From Octopus vulgaris (Eukaryota), in contig OX597821.1 of assembly GCA_951406725.2 (NCBI GenBank), positions 29,264,001 through 29,328,000 on the forward strand: a DNA stretch of 64,000 nucleotides. Reading direction: 5' to 3'. Within the stretch, counting starts at the first letter, position 1. Every line of letters begins with the position of its first letter. The translations under genes were made by a program, and so were the position numbers. Shown here one piece after another: positions 54,541-64,000 of the stretch. A model generated the notes under the pieces. The model made no database searches. It had not been told where the DNA came from and saw only the letters and a program-made list of their open reading frames with translations.

Positions 54541-55294
54541 GTTTCATCTCAACATACACACATCTTCTATATCCACCCACCCATACAATGGTTTCAAATT
54601 ATAGCACAAGCCCAGCAAGTTCAGGGGAGGCGGTAAGTCAATTACACTGACCCACAGTGCTCAATTCCTACTTATGTTATCAACCCCTAAAAGGATGGAA
54701 AGCAAAGTTGACCCTGGTGGGGTACAAAACCAGCAATTTTAATGAATTGGGGTTAGACACTACCATCACCCACAGTATTTAACAGATACTTGGTTTATCA
54801 ACCTTGAAATTTTTGATGGTGGAACTCGAAGTAGATAAAACTACAAATAACAGCCTGCAGAATATTGGGTTAAAAAACCCTTTGAAAAAAGAAAAACCAA
54901 TTCAAGGTTCTTCATGGAATTTAAACACACATCTATGAACGTAACAGATGTGCTACCATTATATTCAAGCAACACTTCGAACTTTCACCATACATTTTAA
55001 AAGCTTTGTTCTCACTAGTGAGAATTGTGTGTTGTTTACAGCATAAGAGTTTTAGTAATTTCAAGAGATATGAAATTAATCGTTTTTAACAGTTGAATTC
55101 AAAGTGGATAGAAATATAAACAACAGCATATAGAATATTGGGAAAAAATAATGATAATCATTTATTTCATTGGCATAAGGATTAAAAGAAATGAACAATT
55201 AATAAGCAACAGATAAAATTTACATCTAGTTTAAGCAGAAAGGAGGAATAAGACACATTACACAATGAGATAAAGTAAATAAATATATATATAC

Positions 55295-55344
<50 letters not shown>

Positions 55345-55576
55345 GAGAGAGAGAAAGAGAGATGTACATAAACACAATTAGGCATAACATACACTCAAAT
55401 ATGCATGCATGCATTCATACATACATCACATGTATGCACGCAAGTATATATGTATGTATATATATATATATACACACAAATCTATTTATATAGAGGAGAT
55501 AAAATACAGAATATGATGAAGAGAATATATATGTTTATTTTATGAATATATGCAGTTACAAGTATCTATATTTGTG

Positions 55577-55610
<34 letters not shown>

Positions 55611-55634
55611 CGTGTGTGTCTATATATGTATTTG

Positions 55635-55672
<38 letters not shown>

Positions 55673-55678
55673 TTTGTA

Positions 55679-55732
<54 letters not shown>

Positions 55733-55994
55733 ATGTCTAATTATGTTTACCTGCATCACTACTTCTATATCAGCTTGCTTAGATTTCCCTTATAACAACT
55801 CTTGACACCATGGACTGAGTCCAAAATAAAGAATTTGGAGATTTTATGCATCTATATTGTACCACGTATGTTTAGCAATAATTATTTACATGTGTAAAGG
55901 CGATTGTGTTGCTTGTTCTCTGTGGTTTTCTTTGCTTCATTTTCTTTATGTCTTTTGAATAATAATACTAATACTAATAATAATAATAATAATA

Positions 55995-56551
55995 AATGCC
56001 CTGATGCAGTACCAGGCAGTGGCTCTCATGGCTTCTGATCTTAACTGATTGGAAGTGTTATCATTTACATTGTTTTGTCTTGGTATAAAAGATGGGCTAC
56101 AGCAAATATTCTGCTCAATACCACAGATTTGCTTGTCAGTTGTTTGACCTTAACCAGTTGAGCATGTCCCTTAGTGGCTGACGATATGTGCATCTCTGAT
56201 CACGAGCAGAAGTAGTGGGGGAGCATCATAGCCATGTGTTGAGAGGGATTCTTTGGGGTTTGAATAATTCACCTCTGGAAACATGGGTGGTTCTTTCAAC
56301 ATCCTTAAACAACCCTTATTCAGGGACCGTTTGAGCGGGATGGGCTACTCAACCTGAAGAAAATTCTAACTGGGTCCCACCTGCAAGGTCATGTGCTGTT
56401 TATCTTGATATGAGATCACTATGTCACGCACATATGGTTGTGATGCATGTGCCTGGTGTACCTTTATCAGACGGGTAGTCATGATGGGTATATTGGGCTT
56501 CGTATATTTTACCCCAGTGTCACTTTGATGGCATGAACTGCTCTCTCACTC
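55995..56551 (+). mobile_element. Family G retro-repeat, best-preserved copy, flanked by (AAT)n on both sides
   Basis: Three copies in the window; shared 3' end gctctctcactcaataataat. Confidence 0.9.
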
Positions 56552-56569
56552 AATAATAATAATAATGAT

Positions 56570-57178
56570 CCTTTCTATTAAAGGCACCAGGCCTCAAAAT
56601 TTAGGAGAGAGGAGAGTTAATAACAATGATCCCATTTTCTACTGGTACCTGACAACAAAAGGAAGAAACGCAAAGTCAATCTCAGCAGAATTTGAACTCA
56701 GAATGTAATGATGGCCAAACTGTAGCTAAGGATTTCTCTCAGACTGTTGATGATTCTGTCAGCTTACCACTTTCAAATATGGTCTTCGAATCTTGGCACA
56801 AGGCCAGCAATTTTCAGGAGAACAGTTAGTTGATTACGTCAGCTCCACTGCTTGACTGGTAGTTATCTTATTGACTCAGAAAGGATGAAAGGCAAAGTCA
56901 ACCTCAGTGGAATAATAATAGGTGTAAGAATAATGGTTTCAAGTTTTGGAACAAGGCCAGCAAGTTCAGGAGTCAATTCCAGTGCTCAATTGGTACTTAT
57001 GCTATTGACCCTCAAAAGGATGGAAGGCAAAGTTGACCCTGGCAGGGTACAAATCCAGCAGTTTTAATTAAATGGGTGTTAGTCGCTACAATCAACCCCA
57101 ATACTTGACAAGTACTTCACTTATCAACCCCAAAAGGATAAAAGACAAAGTTGACCTTGGTAGAGTCTGAACTCAGAA
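56570..57178 (-). mobile_element. Stack of about 4 family A SINE fragments
   Basis: Repeated ggcacaaggccagcaa..aggatgaaaggcaaagt(c/t)gacc units. Confidence 0.8.
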
Positions 57179-57182
57179 AGAC

Positions 57183-57219
<37 letters not shown>

Positions 57220-58098
57220 CTAGTAGTAGTAGTAGTAGTAGTAGCAGTAGCAGCAGCAGAGGATCAATATAACATATATGAATACATGAAATATCTCCTT
57301 TTTCTTTTTCATGTATCTATTGCCATAATAGAAACAAAATTACACATATGTGCACATACACATATATGTGCATATATACATCAATATATACACAAACATC
57401 ATCCCCACCTACCCATATCGCCTTTCTACACAAAGCACCTTAATTGCTCTGAACATAATCCTTTGTAAGTGGTGGAAGATCTAAAACCAACAAACTACAG
57501 AATAGATTATTTTTTATACCATTTTTTTTTATGAGGAGATTAGTAATTTAATTAGTGTGCATGGGTGTATATGCATATGTGTGCATGTGAGCCTGTACCT
57601 AGTAATAGACAATGTTGCAGAATTACATGAGGGAGAGAGAGAAAGAGAGAGAGATAGATAGATATAGAGATATAGATAGAGAGAGATAGAGATAGAGATA
57701 TAGATAGATAGAGAGAGAGAGAGAGTAAGAACATACTTTCAAGGATAGTAATTTCTACTGTGACAAAGAGTGTATATCTGTGCACGTATGCTTACACATA
57801 CATGCACAGATATACACCCACATGTTTGCATGTTCCTACAAACATGTACACACAGGTACAGACAAAAATTCTTCAGTGTATTTCTTGTGTAAAAAATGTT
57901 CATCGCACATATTCACACACATATGTACGTTTTTATCTATGTATTAATTTACATGTGTTTATACAGGAATGTGCATGTGTGCATATTTGTGTGCATAGTA
58001 GGTATGCATATCTGTGTGCAACATATATATATATATATATACACACACACTCATATATATATATATATACACACACTCATATATATATATATATATAT

Positions 58099-58189
<91 letters not shown>

Positions 58190-59396
58190 CACACATGTAT
58201 GCAGACTAACATTTCTTTTTCTTGTCTTTTAACTGCTTTTATGTTATTTTTTTTTTCTTTTACTTGTAGCTTTTTTTTTTTTAAACAAAGAGTCCAAATG
58301 GAAAAAGCTTTTAATATTGATTACATCTTTCATTGCAATCATTTGCCTAAAACCACTCTCCTGTCAGTGAGTTGAAAATGGTCCAACTTAACAAATGCTT
58401 TTTAACACACAATAATACATTGTTGAATTTACTTTCACTTTGCTCTTCTTCACTAGCTTCAACTTCTTTTTTTTTTTTACTATCTTACTTTAATCTTCTC
58501 CATTCATTCACTCCTCCTTCCTTTCTTTCATTTAACTTTATTTATTTACTTATCTATCTATTTAGTTTCAGTTGCATTATGTTTTTTTTGCTTTTGCTTT
58601 GGATTTTGTTTGTCTTTTTTTCTCAAGGTGATGGTTGTTATTAATGTTGATATTGTTGCTTTATTGTTTGTTGTGTGTTGTATTGATATTCATACAGTTT
58701 GTGACACTGCTGTTGCTACTGAAGATTCACCTACTCTCTTTACACTCCTATGTGTGTATAAATATGTGTGTGCATGTGTGTGTGTGTGTGTGTGTGTGTG
58801 TATGAACACATGTATGTACACATGCTGGCAAACGCATCATCATTGCTGGTAGGGTTAGGTTTAACACAGGTTTGCATTTCTTAATTGTTTATTGTACTAA
58901 GCTTAGATTTCTTGTAAACAAACATCCTAATGATAGATGATGATGATCTCTACTATGGTTCTCCTCTCCTCCCTTGTAGCCGGTCAGTCTCTCTTCCAAC
59001 CCTATACATCTATCAAGATGACTATATCTAATCAGTCAATTATACATATTCCTTTCACTATCTACTTTGCCTTATGTATCAGGTTGTATATTTATCTACT
59101 GTCTTAGAAAACAATCTATCCATCTAGCTATCAGCTAACAAGATATTTATCTGACTGTTCACAAGTCCATCTATCTATTCATCAAAGTTTTCTGCCATGT
59201 ATGTATCTCTCTCTCTCTATCTATCTATCTCCATAATTACACATTTATACACCTGACTATCAAGTTATGCATCACTTTATATATGTGTTAATCTAAGTAT
59301 ATCTATCTTTCTATCTGTTCAGACATCAACTTTTTGTGTACCTACTACATATAAACACACACACACTTGACTGTACAATTGTACAGGCAGATGCGT

Positions 59397-59434
<38 letters not shown>

Positions 59435-59559
59435 CATTTTACAATGCAACTATGCTATCTGATTAATGTTACTTTATCTATCTACACATTTACATATCCA
59501 TGTGCCTACATTTAAATATTTAGGAATATCAAAATTCAAAAATCAAAATCAATTTCGAT

Positions 59560-60098
59560 GACTGGCATCCGTGCTAGCGGGGTGCAAAGAGCACCATACG
59601 AGTGTGATCATTGACAGAGCGGCTAACCGGCTTCCATCCCAGTGGCACTTAAAAGGCACCATTCGAGCATGATCGTTACCAGCGTTGCACTACTGGCACT
59701 CGAGCCCCGTGCAAGTAGGGTATTAAGAGTACCATCCGAGTGTGATCGTTGCCAGAGCGGCCATCTGGCCTCCATTCGGTGGCACGTAAAAAACACCATT
59801 CGAGCATGATCGTTACCAGCATCGCCTTACTGGCACCCGCGCCGGTGGCATGTGTAAAATATTTGAGTGAGGTCGTTGCCAGTGCCGCCTGACTGGCCCC
59901 GTGCCAGTGGCACGTAAAAGCACCCACTACACTCTCAGAGTGGTTGGTGTTAGGAAGGGATTCCAGCTGTAGAAACTCTGCCAGATCAAGATTGAAGCCT
60001 GGTGCAGCCATCTGGTTCACCAGCCCTCAGTCATACGTCCAACCCATGCTAGCATGGAAAGCGGACGTTAAACGATGATGATGATGATGATGATGATG
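59560..60098 (+). mobile_element. Family D retro-repeat, longest copy, with internal ~65-73 bp tandem units and a (GAT)n tail
   Basis: accatNcgagYRtgatcRtt units at about 59592, 59657, 59730, 59794 and (degenerate) 59860; 3' end gcatggaaagcggacgttaaacgatgatg. Confidence 0.9.
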
Positions 60099-60326
60099 CA
60101 TACATCAATCTTTGTAGCTCTCAGGACCTTACAACTACTCCTGTATATACCCACATATACATAGGTGCTGCTTGAGAAGTTTGCTTCCCAACCATGCAGT
60201 CTCATGTTCAGTTCCACTATGTTGCATCCTTGGCAAGTATCTTCTATTACAGAGCTGATCCAACCAAAACCTTGATAGATTTAGTAGATGGAAGCAGAAA
60301 GAAGCTCAACACACACACACACACAC

Positions 60327-60521
60327 ACATGGTCGATCTAACATGCGTCAACTACTCTCCTGACAGTTCACTTAGTTCTTATTTAGATATGTGTGATATC
60401 TAAATGTTATGGGAGTATCCTGAATGCTCCCACATGACTGAATGTGGACTAACCAATTACAATAAATAAGAACTAAGTGAACTGTCAGGAGAGTAGTTGA
60501 CGCGTATTAGATCAACCATGT
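60327..60521. repeat. Long inverted repeat (58-bp arms) enclosing small hairpins
   Basis: acatggtcgatctaacatgcgtcaactactctcctgacagttcacttagttcttattt (60327-60384) pairs with 60464-60521, with three mismatched or wobble positions. Confidence 0.92.
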
Positions 60522-60829
60522 TTATTCGATGTGAGTTGGTTTAACAGTCAGTAGTTGAACAGTGAATGCTGAGTATCAGTATCATACCTATGGAGTAGTA
60601 TGGAAAGCATTCTGCGTTAACATACGTTTCTGTGATAGGTTATTTCTAGATAACCACAACCAACTAATTACCTGTGTAATGCCATTTTACATCAGATGTG
60701 TATATTCACATCGTAACAATAAGATGCATCAAGCCATGTAAAATCGCTGTCATCTATACATACAGACTCATACTTTACAGTTGCTGACATCACATAGAAT
60801 GCACTTGGGTTGATACTAAGTAAAGGCAT

Positions 60830-61020
60830 CCATGCCAGTGGCATGAAAAAGGCACCAAGCACACTCAGTAAAGAGGTTGATATTAGGAAGGGCATCAAGC
60901 TGTAGAAACCATGTCACAACAGACAATTTGGAGTCTGGACAGCTCTTCTGGCTGGCCAGTTCCTGTCAAACTGTCTAACCAATGCCAGCATGGAAAATGT
61001 GTGTTAAACGATGATGATGA
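60830..61020 (+). mobile_element. Family D retro-repeat, older copy
   Basis: tgccagtggcatgaaaaaggcacc..ttaggaagggcatcaagctgtagaaac..ccagcatggaaaa..gttaaacgatgatga. Confidence 0.8.
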
Positions 61021-61094
61021 TATATGCATGTCCATGTATGTATTCTTGTCTTGGCACATTACAGTCGTTAACAAGCATCACCTCCTCCCCACCA

Positions 61095-61250
61095 ACACCG
61101 CTTGACAACCGATGCTGGTCTGTTTACGTCTCCGTAACTTAGTGGTTCAGCAAAGAATAAGTCCAGGGGGCAATTTCCTCGACTAAAGGCAGTGCTCCAG
61201 CATGGCCACAATCAAATGACTGAAACAAGTAAATGAGTAAATGAGTAAGC
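61095..61250 (+). mobile_element. Family B SINE 3' half
   Basis: gcttgacaaccgatgctggt..ctcgactaaaggcagtgctccagcatggcc..aaatgactgaaacaagtaaa. Confidence 0.85.
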
Positions 61251-62377
61251 AATAGTATTACTTGAAACTATGTTGCAGCGATCATGTATGTTATAATATT
61301 TTGCTAAGTAGCAGTGTGAAACATGGAATAAACAACCGTTGAAAACCCACTTCTTCCACTGTTGTTATTATTGTAACTGACTCTATGTTATGTATTGAGT
61401 ACCATATCCTTCCACTGGTGTATGCGTATATGTGCATGTGTGTATACATCCACTTCAATCCATATGTCCAGAGCAACAGTTTTTCCCTATAACCATATTA
61501 CCATTGTTGTTCTGCTGAACAGCTTTTATTTCTACTATCAATAGACATGTTAAGCTCATTCAATAAATTAATATATTCAACACTACAGATGTATATGTGT
61601 GTTTGCGTGAGCATCTATATGTGTGTGGTTGATTTTTGTGTGTGTGTGGGTGTGTTTTTTCTTCCTGTTTTTATACTAAGTGTATTCATAAATAAAAATC
61701 ATGTTTATATGTTTATTGTTCGTGTTTTGTTTTCACGGCAGATTTATATTTGTTTTCCTTCAACTCATAGATGCATGTATGTGTGTGTGTATGTGTGTGT
61801 GTATGTGTGTGTGTGTGTGTGTGTGTATGTGCACATGCATGTGTGTTCATGTGCCTGTTTTTGTAGTTAGGTTAAAATAAGCGTACGCACATGCATGTGT
61901 TTTTGTTTCCATGTGTATAAGTATGTGTGTGCAAGTCAGCATTTTCTGAGCAAATCTTCCATTTCAATGTGTGAGTGCAAGTGTGTATATAATTTGAAGA
62001 ATGTGTTTAAGTACATGTGCATGTGTGTATGTTAGAGTTTAAGGGAAAGAGAGTGTTGTGGGTGTAATTTGAAGTGCTTGTTCATATACTTGTGTCATAT
62101 GCATTTGTGCAAATGTATGTGTGTGCGCACGTGTATTTGTGCATTTGTATATATATACGTGAGCATGGGTGCATGTGTGTATATGTGCATATTCAAGTGT
62201 ATGCATGCACATGTTTTATTCCTTTGTGGATACTTAGGCTTGCATATGCCCATGAGAATATGAATTTACAGTTTTATGAGTGTTTATGACATACATATAT
62301 TCATAAATATAAACGCGAGTGCACATGTAGACAGTTACTTACATACATACATAAAAAAATACACACATACATACATA

Positions 62378-62432
<55 letters not shown>

Positions 62433-64000
62433 CACACACACACATATCAGTGTGCATATACACGTGTATGAACCTCCTCTAATGGATGTGTGTCTATAAA
62501 ATATTTGTGAGTGTGTATATATGTTAAGTTTTAGTGTCATGCAGGACAAAATGCTGATGTAGAAACTTCCAGATACTTATTTAAAAAGACAAAACATGAT
62601 AGCGAGGATACACACACACACACACACACACAAACACACACTTATACACACCCACATATAGAGAACTGAGAAAAAAAAGCCCTATAAATTATCTTACAGA
62701 AAGGATGGCCTAGATTTCTTTAGAAAACACCAGAGGAAGAAACAAAAATGGAACAAACAAACGAAAAAGACACAAGATATCTATTTATTGAACCATATAT
62801 TCTGCAGTCTGTAGTTTGATTATCAATTAGGAGGGTACATTGGTTGGGTATGTGAGCAGCAGTGGTGGTGGTGGTAGTGGTTATGGTAATTTCAATGATT
62901 TACTTATTATTTGGTTTATTTTGTTCATTTTTTTGTTGCTTTTGTTGGTGTTTGCTTGCTTTTATTTTTATTTCAGATACAACAGATTTATTTAGATAAT
63001 CTAAGATAGAAGAAAAATATAAAATCTATTTATTGAATTTCTTTATATATATATATATATATATTTCATAGAATGGTTTGTTTGCAATTAAGGTAAATAT
63101 ACAGATAAAATCAGACAGACACACACACAATACTCAAATATATCTTGTTGAGAACCTCTATCTGGATATTCAACTGATTAGAAATAGTAGCTAAATCACC
63201 TTCAAATCATATCATATTGTCTCAGAGAAAGACACATTTGATGATACAGCTCTAGGTTCCATGAATATATAAGGAGAAGATAGGCAGTTAATGGGTGGAA
63301 TGCTTTTGATCACAGGGCAACTGGATCAAGACACACATAGGTCAAACAATAACAACAACAGCATCATACAGGCTCATCATTGTCTTTATCAGCAATAGCA
63401 TCAGTGGATTTATCCATAGCTGTTTTGTTATTTAACCTTAGGTCAGCAGTGATCAAACGGATGCAAGATAAGGTTTTACAATTTTGATATTTTTACATTT
63501 CAAACAATGAGTATCTAGACCATATTGGTTAAATGTGTCCTGCAGTCATATTAGTAAAGATAGCAAAGTATAATCTGAGGGAAATTTGTTAGCTATTTCA
63601 AGCTGACTAAAAGACCATAGGCTGCTTCATTGGCATTTGGGAGTGCAGTAGGTAATGTAATTTATGCTAGATTTGTAATTCATGCTAGATTTTTCAAGCA
63701 GGTATCATGTTGGGTTATGTTTATATATCTCAAAATTTTCCTTAATATTTCACTTCTGCATCATTATTTCTTCCATCAGTCCTCAGTCTTCTTCACCCTG
63801 CCCTAACAACATAGTAATCTGAATGCTAAAGGATAAAATATGACTGTGTCAAATGTAACGCTTACATTGAACCAGAAAAAGAAATGCAAGATGTGTGTGG
63901 CTCTGAAATATGTTTAATTGGGTTCAAATCCAGATTTAGAGCCGGCCACAGCATGATTCTGAGGTTGTGCTGATGCAGGAAGTCCATGGTGACTTTGGCC

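Noticed and set aside
59590-59900. CRISPR-like repeat-spacer appearance
   Set aside because: The 'spacers' are homologous in alternation, the repeats are degenerate, the array sits inside a multi-copy retro-repeat, and there are no cas genes in this eukaryotic context.

Overview
AT-rich, microsatellite-dense eukaryotic non-coding DNA (intergenic or deep intron). I found no intact host protein-coding gene, rRNA, true tRNA or CRISPR array; nearly all listed ORFs are translations of simple repeats or chance ORFs. The window is a mosaic of mobile-element copies: several tRNA-headed SINE families (my labels A, B/J, F, H), tail-type retro-repeats (D, G, I), TTAA-flanked piggyBac-type MITEs (one nested in another), a GG-ended MITE with internal TTAGGG runs (E), a candidate solo LTR, and decayed fragments of RTE and CR1/Jockey-type LINEs, a Tigger/pogo transposon and a Penelope-like GIY-YIG endonuclease. 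The repeat repertoire resembles what I recall from Octopus genomes (inference, not verified). Most notable: a near-canonical type I hammerhead ribozyme motif (35566-35656), a highly structured inverted-repeat cassette (60327-60670), modular head/tail swapping among SINEs, and same-strand SINE stacks in (AAT)n tracts. Boundaries of old repeats are approximate.
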